The notes under the pieces: model-generated
Databases searched by the model: none
What the model was told of the DNA's origin: nothing
What the model saw: only the letters and a program-made list of their open reading frames with translations
Origin: an uncultured virus (IMG/VR IMGVR_UViG_2690315929_000005)
Lineage: Duplodnaviria > Heunggongvirae > Uroviricota > Caudoviricetes
Direction: 5' to 3' (one strand)
DNA length: 64,000 nucleotides
Virus record (IMG/VR): IMGVR_UViG_2690315929_000005
Location: 1-64,000 of that record
Position numbers and translations under genes: made by a program
Shown here: in pieces, positions 10,851 through 20,145 of the stretch
Numbering within the stretch: position 1 is the first letter of the stretch
How the letters are laid out: every line of letters begins with the position of its first letter

Positions 10851-10928
10851 TCCTTAGACTATTCCAGTTGCCAACCCAATGTCAACAACTTTTTTAATTA
10901 TTTTATATCAGACTTAGATGCCACACCC

Positions 10929-11100
10929 TAAAACGTGTCGTCAGGCATTATAGCCACGCTATACTCACAGCGATATAAAGTACAAATACCCAGAATGCAC
11001 CTTTTACCAATAGGTAAATTAGATTCCAGATTGCGGTATCTAAATTCACTAAAGCCTGAAAAAAATCATTTATATGTTTCATTAAAACGTGTCGTCAGGC
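10929..11100. repeat. 18-bp direct repeat TAAAACGTGTCGTCAGGC (10929-10946 and 11083-11100)
   Basis: Exact repeat; minus strand encodes (W)PDDTF-stop, like lambdoid cI C-termini. Confidence 0.85.
10948..11082 (-). CDS. 44-aa hydrophobic membrane peptide, not in the ORF track
   Basis: MKHINDFFQALVNLDTAIWNLIYLLVKGAFWVFVLYIAVSIAWL between the direct repeats. Confidence 0.6.
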   Translation of the reverse strand: MKHINDFFQALVNLDTAIWNLIYLLVKGAFWVFVLYIAVSIAWL

Positions 11101-11107
11101 CATTGGG

Positions 11108-11833
11108 TTAGCCGTGGAACTTATAGGTAATAGACTGGCTAACTAGCACCTTAGCGCATATATAAAGCCCATTAATAGCATCTTCGTCTAGATACCAAGT
11201 TTCATATCTAGGGTTGTCAGATATAACTGCTAGGCGCTTGTACTGTTTCTGCAATCGCTTTATGTAGAGCTGGTTATCCAATACGAACACATAAATCCCG
11301 TCACCATCAAAAAAGTTTGTGGTTATATCTACGAATATCTGATCCCTAGGTTCGAACGTTTCAGCCATCGAATCACCTTTTACAGTGATCATCTTTATCG
11401 TATTTGAAGGTCTGCCACCGAATAATCTTTTGGCTTCATCCGCCGAATACTCAATAGCCGTGATAGTCTCGATAAAATCATCGATAACCATCACGCCAGC
11501 ACCTGCGCTCGCTTCTACGTCTAGTATTTCAACCTTATAAGCATTACTAATACCACCCCCTTCATCCGAGTGCGTATCAGTACTTATGTTGCTGACTTCC
11601 GAACTATGGATAACAGGAATAGTTGGCTCTTCGCCATTACCAGACGACAACCATTCAGGAGAGACCCTCAGAACTTTAGCTATTTCTATTAATTTTGTTG
11701 AATTTTGTGCATTTCCAACCTCAATCTTTTGAATTGCAGCCTGTGATATACCAACAGCCTCGCCTAGTTCTTTTTGAGATAAGCCCGACAATTTACGAGC
11801 TTTTTTTAATCGTTGTGCAAGAGTAGTTTTCAT
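11108..11833 (-). CDS. cI: CI repressor (HTH plus S24 peptidase)
   Basis: XRE HTH, A-G cleavage site (ASAGAG), VKGDSM, IKRL. Confidence 0.95.
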   Translation of the reverse strand: MKTTLAQRLKKARKLSGLSQKELGEAVGISQAAIQKIEVGNAQNSTKLIEIAKVLRVSPEWLSSGNGEEPTIPVIHSSEVSNISTDTHSDEGGGISNAYKVEILDVEASAGAGVMVIDDFIETITAIEYSADEAKRLFGGRPSNTIKMITVKGDSMAETFEPRDQIFVDITTNFFDGDGIYVFVLDNQLYIKRLQKQYKRLAVISDNPRYETWYLDEDAINGLYICAKVLVSQSITYKFHG

Positions 11834-11845
11834 AGTCTTAAATAT

Positions 11846-11906
11846 ACAACCGCAGTTGTTGGCATTCAAACAAATATAGTTGTTGATTAAAAACAACTAA
11901 GGTTTT
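11846..11906. promoter_or_regulatory. OR operators with pR/pRM
   Basis: ACAACCGCAGTTGT, ACAAATATAGTTGT and ACAACTAAGGTTTT (434-like ACAA-N6-TTGT) between cI and cro. Confidence 0.8.
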
Positions 11907-11937
11907 ATTATATGTAAAATAAACAACGGAGGTTTTT

Positions 11938-12165
11938 ATGAACGAAGCAATTAAAACCGCCATTGATATTGTAGGGACACAAAAAAAACTAGGTGAAGCA
12001 TGTGGCATAACACAGCAAGCAGTTTTTAAGTGGCTACATAACAAGGCAAAAGTATCACCTGAGCATATCCCATTAATTGTTAAAGCTACAAACGGTCAAG
12101 TTAAAGGAAAAGATATTCGCCCTGACTTACCGCACTTATGGGATTTGGGTAATAAATACTGGTAA
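11938..12165 (+). CDS. cro: Cro-like repressor (YdaS family)
   Basis: GTQKKLGEACGITQQAVFKW...IRPDL; divergent from cI. Confidence 0.9.
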   Translation: MNEAIKTAIDIVGTQKKLGEACGITQQAVFKWLHNKAKVSPEHIPLIVKATNGQVKGKDIRPDLPHLWDLGNKYW

Positions 12166-12171
12166 CACAAT

Positions 12172-12183
12172 CGCTCTTTAAAA
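12172..12183 (+). promoter_or_regulatory. nutR boxA
   Basis: CGCTCTTTAAAA directly after cro. Confidence 0.8.
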
Positions 12184-12307
12184 ATTCATGCAGTGCCTTT
12201 TGACTTCAATCGGCAAATTATTATCAACAATCCGCTCATATGGAATGAGCTACGGATCATTACTGCTGTTCCCAATATGGGAAGTAATCTAAGAAGGAAT
12301 TTAACAA

Positions 12308-12640
12308 ATGGAATTATCAAACGAACGCAAATTTCGAGAAATCGAATCAAAAATCATGAAAGGGATACTTGTTACTGGCGCTAGAGAAGTAGCGAAAAGA
12401 ACGGGTATTCACGAATCACAAATATCTCGCTGGCAATCTCAACAATCTAAAACGCAATTAAGCTTCATACAACGTTGTGCAAGGCTTTTAGTTGCTATTG
12501 GGTATGAGACACCAGATGACACAGTGATATTGCAAGGTGATGAGGCTAGGGCGTTAATTCAGATGCTTGAACATGTCAAAGCACCAAAAAGAAAAGCCCC
12601 AGCGGTAACTGAGGCTTCTCAACAAATGGACTTAATTTAA
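12308..12640 (+). CDS. cII: CII-like activator
   Basis: GIHESQISRW motif; position after cro. Confidence 0.85.
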   Translation: MELSNERKFREIESKIMKGILVTGAREVAKRTGIHESQISRWQSQQSKTQLSFIQRCARLLVAIGYETPDDTVILQGDEARALIQMLEHVKAPKRKAPAVTEASQQMDLI

Positions 12641-12661
12641 CAACAACCCAATGAGGTAATT

Positions 12662-13345
12662 ATGAATCAAATAACTACTTTAGTAAACAGTGGTGAATTA
12701 ACCATGAGTAGTCGTGAAATTGCAGACCTTACAGGCAAGAGACACGACAATGTGATGGCTGATATCCGTAAGATGTTGGTTGAAATTCAATCTCCTGAAA
12801 AGTTAGGAGATTACATAGACACTAAAAACAGAACACAGCAAATGCTTCTGCTCAACAAAGAAGAATGTTTGTGTCTGATTTCTGGTTACAGCATCAAGTT
12901 AAGAATGGCAATCATTAAACGCTGGCAAGAACTTGAATCTCAAAAATCCCTCATCCCTCAAACTCTACCGGAAGCCTTACGTCTGGCGGCAGACCTAGCA
13001 GAGCAGAAACAAATCGTTGAACAGAAATTAGCAATTGCAGCGCCTAAAGCTGAATTTGTTGATCGCTATGTTCAAGCAACTGGCTTACTGGGTTTTAGAG
13101 AGACAAGCAAATTACTAAAAGTGAAAGAGAACTTCTTTAGAGAGTTTCTACTTTCAAAAAGAATTATGTACAAGCTGGCTGGAAAATTAACACCTTATTC
13201 AGAACACCTTGAAGCAGGGCGTTTTGATGTAAAAACAGGTGAGAATCAAATCAACGGTCACGCATACACACAAGTTAAATTCACACCCAAAGGAATTCAG
13301 TGGATCGCTGGGTTATTGGCAGTGGAGCAATTGGAGGCAGCATGA
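12662..13345 (+). CDS. Rha-N plus KilAC/ANT antirepressor-like protein
   Basis: MSSREIADLTGKRHDNV, PQTLPEALRLAADL, PKAEFVD, FTPKG. Confidence 0.88.
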   Translation: MNQITTLVNSGELTMSSREIADLTGKRHDNVMADIRKMLVEIQSPEKLGDYIDTKNRTQQMLLLNKEECLCLISGYSIKLRMAIIKRWQELESQKSLIPQTLPEALRLAADLAEQKQIVEQKLAIAAPKAEFVDRYVQATGLLGFRETSKLLKVKENFFREFLLSKRIMYKLAGKLTPYSEHLEAGRFDVKTGENQINGHAYTQVKFTPKGIQWIAGLLAVEQLEAA

Positions 13346-13704
13346 GTAAGGGGATAGGGATAAATAAAAAGGAAATTACTCACGGAAAGTATGGTTGTAA
13401 ATGTGCTTACTGTGGAACGCATCTCTCAATCAATGAAATGCATATAGATCATGTTGTACCAAAAAAGTTAGGCGGTAAAAACAATATAAAGAATTTAAAC
13501 CCATCCTGTCAGAGCTGTAATTCAACTAAGGGAGCAAAAAGCTTAGAGGATTACAGAATTCACTTAATGATAAAAAAATCTAAGTTCTCCGGTGTTATCA
13601 ACGTCTCACAATGGAGAGATCTTTGTCGATTAGGTGTGTCGATTCAATTGCCAAGTCATTCATTTTATTTTGAGGAGATTAATTATGAGCAGAATAGCTA
13701 CTGA
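13342..13704 (+). CDS. HNH endonuclease
   Basis: CAYCG...HIDHVVP...NL.PSCQSCNSTKG. Confidence 0.88.
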   Translation: MSKGIGINKKEITHGKYGCKCAYCGTHLSINEMHIDHVVPKKLGGKNNIKNLNPSCQSCNSTKGAKSLEDYRIHLMIKKSKFSGVINVSQWRDLCRLGVSIQLPSHSFYFEEINYEQNSY

Positions 13705-14389
13705 TTGGGCATGGAGCCTAGACTTAAAAGCTCCTCAAAAAATACTGATCTTATCTTTAGCTGATAGAGCTGATGAGTATCACTGCTGTTACCCAAGTAT
13801 ACAGCGGTTAGTAAAGGATACAGGGTTAGACAAAAAGACTATTGGTAAATGGATAAACCTAATGATTGAAGATGGCTTGATATCAGATACAGGTGAAAGA
13901 AAAGGGCCAACAAAAAGAGTAAGAGTTCTACGTTTAAACATTGAGCTTGAATGCACCCAAAAACGGGATGATACCAAAAGTGGGAATGTACCCAAAAACG
14001 GGTCTTTGAATGTACCCAAAAACGGGTCTTTGAATGTACCCAAAAACGGGTCACAGAATCAGTCACTAGAAACAAACAATGAACCAAAGAAAAAGGGATT
14101 TGATGCGAAGAAGGAATCTATCCCTGATTGGTTAGATCGTGAAATTTGGTTCAACTGGATTGATTACAGGAATGAAATTAAAAAGCCCTTCAAAACTAAA
14201 AAGACCTTTGAGTTACAGGTTAAGTTTTTACTGGAATGTCTCGAAGAGGGTTATTCACCTGAAGAAATAATTAATCAATCCATAACTAATGGCTGGCAAG
14301 GGCTGTTTAAACCTAAAAATAACCATCAGGCAATAACATCACAGCAAGGTAGCTGGAACACGCCGGAGGCATGGAGGGATTTCATTTGA
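13685..14389 (+). CDS. Replication initiator, O-like
   Basis: N-terminal HTH (CYPS...L...TG), internal iterons, C-terminal INQSI.NGWQGLF. Confidence 0.88.
   Translation: MSRIATDWAWSLDLKAPQKILILSLADRADEYHCCYPSIQRLVKDTGLDKKTIGKWINLMIEDGLISDTGERKGPTKRVRVLRLNIELECTQKRDDTKSGNVPKNGSLNVPKNGSLNVPKNGSQNQSLETNNEPKKKGFDAKKESIPDWLDREIWFNWIDYRNEIKKPFKTKKTFELQVKFLLECLEEGYSPEEIINQSITNGWQGLFKPKNNHQAITSQQGSWNTPEAWRDFI
13949..14052 (+). repeat. Phage origin iterons inside the O gene
   Basis: AATG(T/C)ACCCAAAAACGGG four times, three of them at a 24-bp period. Confidence 0.85.
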
Positions 14390-15072
14390 AAACCAATCTA
14401 ATGGCGGTAATCAATAATCGTGATGCGGGCGCTTTAGCCAGAATGTCACAGGGAGATATCACAAAAAAAGTAGTCAATTCAAACGCTGAAAAGATGGTTG
14501 ACTCACTATTCAAAAGTTTAAAGCAACTATTCCCTGCATCCGTTAGTACCGTTTTTAAAAATGCAAATGATGAAATGGACGCAAAACGACAATGGATCGC
14601 CGCCTTTGCAGAAAATGGAATTACTACCAGAGAGCAACTTCAAAACGGTATGCGACATGCTAGAGCAAGTGATAACCCTTTCTGGCCTGCTGTTGGTCAA
14701 TTTATCAAGTGGTGCAAGGAAGAAGATTACGTAGCTCTTGGTTTGCCTGACGAGGAACAGCTTTACGAACTTTATCGAGAATACTGCAAAATGCGTGGCT
14801 GGCGTGAAATGAAATGGCCCTCAAACGCTTGCTACTGGATGGTTACCAAAATTTACTCTGATATGCGAAGTAAAAGCCTAACGGATAGTGAGGTTAAGAA
14901 GCTTTGCGCCAAAGAGTTAAGAGCCATGACTGCAAGAATCAAATCAGGTGAAACTATTCCAGCGCCAGTTAAGCAAATACCTCAGTTACACATTCCAACC
15001 AGCAAAGAAAGATCATTAGAACACCTTGCTTCAATTAGAAAGAAATTGAATCTTAACCCTAAATCTATTTAA
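14386..15072 (+). CDS. Replication protein P (helicase loader)
   Basis: [18 protein letters not shown]...GM..AR....[12 protein letters not shown]. Confidence 0.88.
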   Translation: MKTNLMAVINNRDAGALARMSQGDITKKVVNSNAEKMVDSLFKSLKQLFPASVSTVFKNANDEMDAKRQWIAAFAENGITTREQLQNGMRHARASDNPFWPAVGQFIKWCKEEDYVALGLPDEEQLYELYREYCKMRGWREMKWPSNACYWMVTKIYSDMRSKSLTDSEVKKLCAKELRAMTARIKSGETIPAPVKQIPQLHIPTSKERSLEHLASIRKKLNLNPKSI

Positions 15073-15082
15073 GGAAATAAAC

Positions 15083-15994
15083 ATGAACTTTTTCAAAAAT
15101 GCGATTGTATATCGTATGACTCGTGACATTCAAATTTCAGCAGAACAACTTGAAGAGGCATTAAAAACTTTAGCATTTACACCATGCAGTAGCCAAGATA
15201 TGAGTTGCTCTGGTTGGGTGTCACCACTTGGTAATCACGGTGAGATGTTAACTCACGTTGCTGGCAATCAGATTTTACTCTGCCTCAGAAAAGAAGAAAA
15301 AATATTGCCATCGACAGTTATCAAGGAAGCTCTACAAGAAAAAATAGAAAAACTCGAAAATGAGCAAGGTCGCAAGCTGAAAAAGACAGAAAAAGCGACA
15401 TTAAAAGATGAGGTTATTCACTCTCTCTTACCTCGCGCATTCAGTAAATATTCTCAAACTCAGATCTGGATTGACTTGGATAAGCAACGAATTATCGTTG
15501 ATGCCAGTAGTTATAAACGCGCAGAAGATTCACTTGCGCTACTCCGTAAGACACTAGGCTCACTGCCAGTCATTCCACTTCACACCGAGCAACTAATCGA
15601 GCTAACACTTACCGAATGGGTCCGTAACAATGACACCCCATCAGGATTTATGCTTCATGACGAAGCTGAGTTAAAAGCGGTGTTAGAGGAAGGCGGTATT
15701 GCTAAGTTTAAAAAGCAAGATTTAGCTTCAGACGAAATTGCTACCCATATTGAAGCCGGTAAACATGTTACTCAGTTATCAATGGAGTGGCAAGAGCGCA
15801 TCAGCTTCACGATAACCGATAGTCTTATGCTTAAGAAAATCAGCTTATCTGATGTTTTGAAAGAGCATAACGACGACATTCATCATGAAGATTACGCTCA
15901 ACGATTTGATGCTGATTTCATTCTGTTTACTGGTGAATTTTCCGTGCTGATCGATGAATTAGTATCTGCGCTAGGTGGCGAATCTAAGGCTTAA
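15083..15994 (+). CDS. rdgC: Recombination-associated protein RdgC
   Basis: [37 protein letters not shown]. Confidence 0.95.
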   Translation: MNFFKNAIVYRMTRDIQISAEQLEEALKTLAFTPCSSQDMSCSGWVSPLGNHGEMLTHVAGNQILLCLRKEEKILPSTVIKEALQEKIEKLENEQGRKLKKTEKATLKDEVIHSLLPRAFSKYSQTQIWIDLDKQRIIVDASSYKRAEDSLALLRKTLGSLPVIPLHTEQLIELTLTEWVRNNDTPSGFMLHDEAELKAVLEEGGIAKFKKQDLASDEIATHIEAGKHVTQLSMEWQERISFTITDSLMLKKISLSDVLKEHNDDIHHEDYAQRFDADFILFTGEFSVLIDELVSALGGESKA

Positions 15995-16013
15995 CACGCA
16001 AGAGGATTTTTAG

Positions 16014-16349
16014 ATGAACATTAAACAATTACAGCAACAAATCCATCAACAAAATAAATCTGCTGGATGGTGGGATAACCCACGCGAAAAAGGAACGTTA
16101 CTCTGCCTTATTCATTCTGAAATTAGCGAGGCGATGGAGGGTGAGCGCAAAGACTTAATGGACGATCACTTGCCACATCGAAAAATGGCAGAGGTTGAAC
16201 TTGCTGATGCTGTTATTCGTATTTTGGATTATGCCGAAGCTTTTGATTATGACATTGAAAGCGCAATAACTGAAAAGCTCGAATACAACAAACATAGAGC
16301 AGATCATCAGCGTGAAAATCGCATCAAGAAGGGCGGAAAACAATTCTAA
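16014..16349 (+). CDS. MazG-like nucleotide pyrophosphohydrolase
   Basis: LIHSEISEAMEG.RK...EVELADAVIRILD. Confidence 0.8.
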   Translation: MNIKQLQQQIHQQNKSAGWWDNPREKGTLLCLIHSEISEAMEGERKDLMDDHLPHRKMAEVELADAVIRILDYAEAFDYDIESAITEKLEYNKHRADHQRENRIKKGGKQF

Positions 16350-16362
16350 CAGGAGGCATCTA

Positions 16363-16656
16363 ATGCAGGGAACTAATTCAACCGAAAGAAAAATTAACAT
16401 ACCAGCCGAACTTAGTGAAAATACAGCAAATCTTGTTGTTAAATTTGCTGAAGCCATGGCAGAAAAATTACATAAGTCTGAGAAAAAATACGGGTATTCA
16501 GACGAATGGATGGCTAATAGCTGGGGGTTGGATTGTAAGAATCAATTCATGCGACACATACAGAAAGGCGATCCTGTTGATGTGGCTAATTATTGCGCGT
16601 TTATGTTTTATCACGGCTGGTCAACTATGCTCCCACCAATGCCAGAGGGTGAATGA
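16363..16656 (+). CDS. Conserved phage protein
   Basis: KL...EKKYGYS..W...HIQKGDPVDVANYCAFM. Confidence 0.7.
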   Translation: MQGTNSTERKINIPAELSENTANLVVKFAEAMAEKLHKSEKKYGYSDEWMANSWGLDCKNQFMRHIQKGDPVDVANYCAFMFYHGWSTMLPPMPEGE

Positions 16657-16772
16657 TGAACGAACGCAAATTAAGACTAGAAGCTATAGCAATTTGGCAA
16701 AAGCTAATTTTGCAAGCTAAGCGAAAATACCAATGGTGGGAGTTGTAGCAGCATGGAACAGGAGAGCTAACA

Positions 16773-16991
16773 GTGAGTGACCTAATAACATTGATGTACA
16801 AAATCAGCATGAACCTATTTTGTGGGTTAGGCTTTGCAATGGCATTTATCATGCTGAAAGTATTTGATTGGGATAATAACTGGTTCGTTATCACGATGAA
16901 GGTTATATCAGCAGCAGCGATAATCCTCTGGTTAATATCTATGGCGTACATTTGTTTTTTCTTATTCAACAACGTGTTTCTGGAAAAATGA
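16773..16991 (+). CDS. Small membrane protein
   Basis: Two hydrophobic segments. Confidence 0.5.
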   Translation: MSDLITLMYKISMNLFCGLGFAMAFIMLKVFDWDNNWFVITMKVISAAAIILWLISMAYICFFLFNNVFLEK

Positions 16992-17004
16992 ATAGGAGGC
17001 TAAC

Positions 17005-17448
17005 TTGGAAGCAGATTTTCTCTTCCACGAATCAACCAAAAATACCGCATGGCAACATCTCAAAGAAGTTCTAGCAACAAACCAACCACACCGAATCACT
17101 ATCAAGCCTTGGAAAAACAAGCGTTCACTATCTCAGAATTCCACTTTTCATTTGTGGTGCTCAGAGATAAGTAAATACCTATGTAAGAACAAAGCCAATT
17201 ACACACCAGAAACCGTTAAGGAGATGCTTAAGCATACATTCCTAGGTTACGAGGTGGTCGATATGGTTGACGTTACTACACAGCTTACAGAGCGCGTAAG
17301 GACACTTCGGAAAACATCAAAACTTGATACAGGTGAAATGTTCCACTTCATGGAGCAGGTTGAGCGCTGGGCGGTAGGTATAGGTTGTTTCTTGACGATA
17401 CCTGATAACAGTGAGTATATGAAATTGAAAAGGAAGCAAGACGAATGA
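17005..17448 (+). CDS. NinB/YbcN-family protein
   Basis: KRSLSQNSTFHLW, TSKLDTGEM. Confidence 0.85.
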   Translation: MEADFLFHESTKNTAWQHLKEVLATNQPHRITIKPWKNKRSLSQNSTFHLWCSEISKYLCKNKANYTPETVKEMLKHTFLGYEVVDMVDVTTQLTERVRTLRKTSKLDTGEMFHFMEQVERWAVGIGCFLTIPDNSEYMKLKRKQDE

Positions 17449-17669
17449 CAGACAACGTAAATAACCCGCCACACTACGCATCAGGTGATATTGAATGCAT
17501 AGATGCCATTAAAGCCAGCATGACTAAGGAGGCGTTTCTAGGCTATCTCAAGGGCAATATTCAAAAGTATGTCTGGCGATACGAAAAGAAAATTAATCCA
17601 GTCGAAGATTTGAAAAAGGCTCGTTGGTATATGAGTCGACTCGTTGAAGAAGTGGAGACTGAAAAATGA
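17445..17669 (+). CDS. DUF3310 protein
   Basis: VNNPPHY..G.IECIDAI...GN..KY.WR..KK...EDLKKA. Confidence 0.85.
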   Translation: MTDNVNNPPHYASGDIECIDAIKASMTKEAFLGYLKGNIQKYVWRYEKKINPVEDLKKARWYMSRLVEEVETEK

Positions 17670-17784
17670 CGCCAGAAGAAAAGTTAAAGCAATATGACGA
17701 GAAGTTAGAAGAAGCTCAGAAGTTGGTTCGATTTATCGAAGAAAGTCGCCGTGAGCACATTAACCGCTACAACTTAAACAGGAA

Positions 17785-18240
17785 GTGATCATGACTGAAG
17801 AACAATACAGGACTTATGCACAAGTGATAGTGGCTGGTCGTGAGTTTATCTCATTTAATCACAACACCATTTCAGCGGTAACAGGATTAACGCCAGCAAG
17901 AGTTGGAACTATTTTAAGAAAGTTGCTTGCATTCCAGTGTGTGGAGCATGTCGAAACAAAGAGCCGTAAACGCACTCGCCCAATCAATAACTACGCAGTA
18001 ACAGACGATGCAATTACTCGACTGAGAAGCCAGTTTGAAAAAGAGCGTCTGGCTAACCTTCCACTCTTCCCTAAAGCTAAAAAGATTGAAGCAAAGAAAC
18101 CTAGAAAAGTGCTGGATGATTTTATGTGTGGATTGTTATTTGTCGATAAAGCCAACGTCTCAGGCATGGGTAATCCGATGTTGATGAAAATAGACTCGTT
18201 ACTCAAAGGGGTTCGCAATGAACTGCATGTCATGCAATAG
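17785..18240 (+). CDS. Hypothetical protein, putative HTH
   Basis: ORF in the nin region. Confidence 0.6.
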   Translation: MIMTEEQYRTYAQVIVAGREFISFNHNTISAVTGLTPARVGTILRKLLAFQCVEHVETKSRKRTRPINNYAVTDDAITRLRSQFEKERLANLPLFPKAKKIEAKKPRKVLDDFMCGLLFVDKANVSGMGNPMLMKIDSLLKGVRNELHVMQ

Positions 18241-18340
18241 ATCACTAACAGATGATGAAATTTACGTGTGTAGCAAGTGTGCTGATGAATACGCTCATTT
18301 GGAAGTGATGGAGAAAATCAAAGGAGAGGGAGATGAGTAG
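18218..18340 (+). CDS. NinF-like small Zn-finger protein
   Basis: MNCMSCNRSLTDDEIYVCSKCADE. Confidence 0.6.
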   Translation: MNCMSCNRSLTDDEIYVCSKCADEYAHLEVMEKIKGEGDE

Positions 18341-18477
18341 CGAGTCATTACGAAAAGCACTTAAAGAAAATCCTGAATGGGTAAAGCGATATCTTGGGCT
18401 AGATAAACCATCAAAAATACGAACCCGCCACGTAATTCTATTCTTTTCGATTATCACATTGTTAATGGGGATCGTGT

Positions 18478-18768
18478 ATGGCTAACTTACGCAAAGAAGC
18501 TAGAGGTCGTGAATGCCAAATTAGAATGCCTGGTGTCTGTAATGGTAATTCTGAAACTGTCGTCTTAGCTCATTATCGAATGTCTGGCATTTGCGGTACC
18601 GGAATAAAACCTAATGATATTTTTGGTGCTTGGGCATGTAGTGCTTGTCACGATGAATCAGATAGACGTACCCACTACGTCGATGCTGAATACGCAAAGC
18701 AATGTCATTTAGAAGGTGTTATTCGTACTCAGGATATTCTCATCAAGGAGGGTAAGATTAAGGTATGA
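18478..18768 (+). CDS. DUF1364/YbcO-family nuclease-like protein
   Basis: LRKEARGRECQIR.PGVC...TVVLAH...ACSACHD. Confidence 0.88.
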   Translation: MANLRKEARGRECQIRMPGVCNGNSETVVLAHYRMSGICGTGIKPNDIFGAWACSACHDESDRRTHYVDAEYAKQCHLEGVIRTQDILIKEGKIKV

Positions 18769-19130
18769 ACGAGTATCAATTAAAATTGCCGTGGCCACCT
18801 AGCAATAATACATACTGGAGGCATTGTAGAGGACGGCATTATATCTCACCCAAAGGCACCAACTACCGAAAGCAAGTAACAGATTACATCAAGCAACATA
18901 ACCTAGACGTCAAAACCACTTCCCGCATCAAAATAGTCATCACAGCAAATCCCCCAGATAAACGACAAAGAGACCTCGATAACTTGCCTAAAGCGGTTTT
19001 CGATTCGTTAACTCATGCCGAATTTTGGGGCGATGATAGCCAAATTGATGATATGCGGATCCGTCGAGGTGAAAAGGTTACTCATGGCTCATTAGATATC
19101 ACGATATGGGAGATAGATGATGTTCACTGA
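18765..19130 (+). CDS. rusA: Holliday junction resolvase RusA
   Basis: LPWPPS.N.YWR, PPDKRQRDLDN..K...D.L, DDSQI. Confidence 0.93.
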   Translation: MNEYQLKLPWPPSNNTYWRHCRGRHYISPKGTNYRKQVTDYIKQHNLDVKTTSRIKIVITANPPDKRQRDLDNLPKAVFDSLTHAEFWGDDSQIDDMRIRRGEKVTHGSLDITIWEIDDVH

Positions 19131-19311
19131 CTTAATCGCAGCTATTGAAGAAGCAAGATATTTAAAATACAAATCAGGCGGTCGAGTTAACTTCTGTGTA
19201 ATGCAAGTTATGGACTATATGGAAGTGGTAAGCGGGCTGATGGATGGTGTCAGGGTTTTATATACAACTGCCAATGATGATTATCACACAGTATTACCGG
19301 AGGCGAGATGA
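19117..19311 (+). CDS. Small nin-region protein
   Basis: FTDLIAAIEEARYL; translationally coupled. Confidence 0.6.
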   Translation: MMFTDLIAAIEEARYLKYKSGGRVNFCVMQVMDYMEVVSGLMDGVRVLYTTANDDYHTVLPEAR

Positions 19312-19811
19312 GCTATATCGGAGAAAAGGAATTAACAGATGAGCAGTTTCGCTGGCTTGATGGTTGGTTAAATCTGTGGGGGGCTTGGGTATATTCTGGT
19401 CGTATCGATATTCGCATGATCAATATGATTTATAAATTCATGCAAACAGTTGAGCCAAGTAAAAACCCATCAAGACCTATGTGCAATGACGATGAAGGAA
19501 TGTTGATTTCTCAGGTCGTAGATTCAGTCATCGCCACTGACACACAGGCTTATGGAATATTACTAAGTTATTACGCTCACGGATCATCTAAGTTGTCGAT
19601 TGCATCTTACTATCACCGAGTTGCAAAACCACGCAAAATGCAAACAAGAGGGGGGAATAAATACGCCAAGCCATCTCATAGAACTTGCAGGAGAGAAGTC
19701 GATGAAAAACTCAAAGCTGCTCAGTGGTTATTGTACGAACCTCTGCGAAATGCAATGAATAATCGTAAACGTGTAGCTAAAGTAAAGAAAATAGCTGAAC
19801 TTTGCTATTGA
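19308..19811 (+). CDS. Q: Late antiterminator Q
   Basis: WL.LWGAW, RPMCNDDEGMLIS; followed by pR' and a terminator. Confidence 0.85.
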   Translation: MSYIGEKELTDEQFRWLDGWLNLWGAWVYSGRIDIRMINMIYKFMQTVEPSKNPSRPMCNDDEGMLISQVVDSVIATDTQAYGILLSYYAHGSSKLSIASYYHRVAKPRKMQTRGGNKYAKPSHRTCRREVDEKLKAAQWLLYEPLRNAMNNRKRVAKVKKIAELCY

Positions 19812-19840
19812 CATTAATGGACAAATGGACAACAATTATA
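19808..19840 (+). promoter_or_regulatory. Late promoter pR'
   Basis: TTGACA at 19808 overlapping the Q stop; AACAAT 17 bp downstream. Confidence 0.6.
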
Positions 19841-19884
19841 AGGTAAGTTGCTTTACGTGACTCTTAAGTTTGCTTACCTCATTC

Positions 19885-19908
19885 AAGACCTCGCTACGGC
19901 GGGGTTTT
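19885..19908 (+). terminator. tR' terminator
   Basis: ACCTCGC-TACG-GCGGGGT-TTT hairpin. Confidence 0.7.
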
Positions 19909-19971
19909 AGCTTATAAACATTGAAAATAATGCATATTTCCCATATTGTACTTGTGTGTTAAGTAAGTACG

Positions 19972-20064
19972 GTCGTGGGGTGCTGACATCCCCGATCTGA
20001 GCACAATCCTCGGCAAGGGATTATACTTAATGAAAGCCTGATAGAGATATCGGGCTTTTTTTTT
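19972..20064 (+). ncRNA. Candidate small structured RNA with possible pseudoknot and terminator
   Basis: GGGG/CCCC stem with loop TGCT complementary to downstream AGCA, a second hairpin, then a strong terminator with T9. Confidence 0.4.
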
Positions 20065-20078
20065 GTATCTAAAATCCG

Positions 20079-20145
20079 AACAGTGCCCCTCATAACCTCT
20101 ACGCAGAACGGAGAAATCTGGTTTGCGATACGTTTGGGGCTTTCT
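20079..20145 (+). ncRNA. Orphan copy of the Abi-associated RNA element
   Basis: 66/67 nt identical to 63044-63110; no abi gene follows. Confidence 0.7.

Noticed and set aside
13949..14052. Peptide repeat NVPKNGSL as a protein feature
   Set aside because: Explained by origin iterons within the O-like gene.
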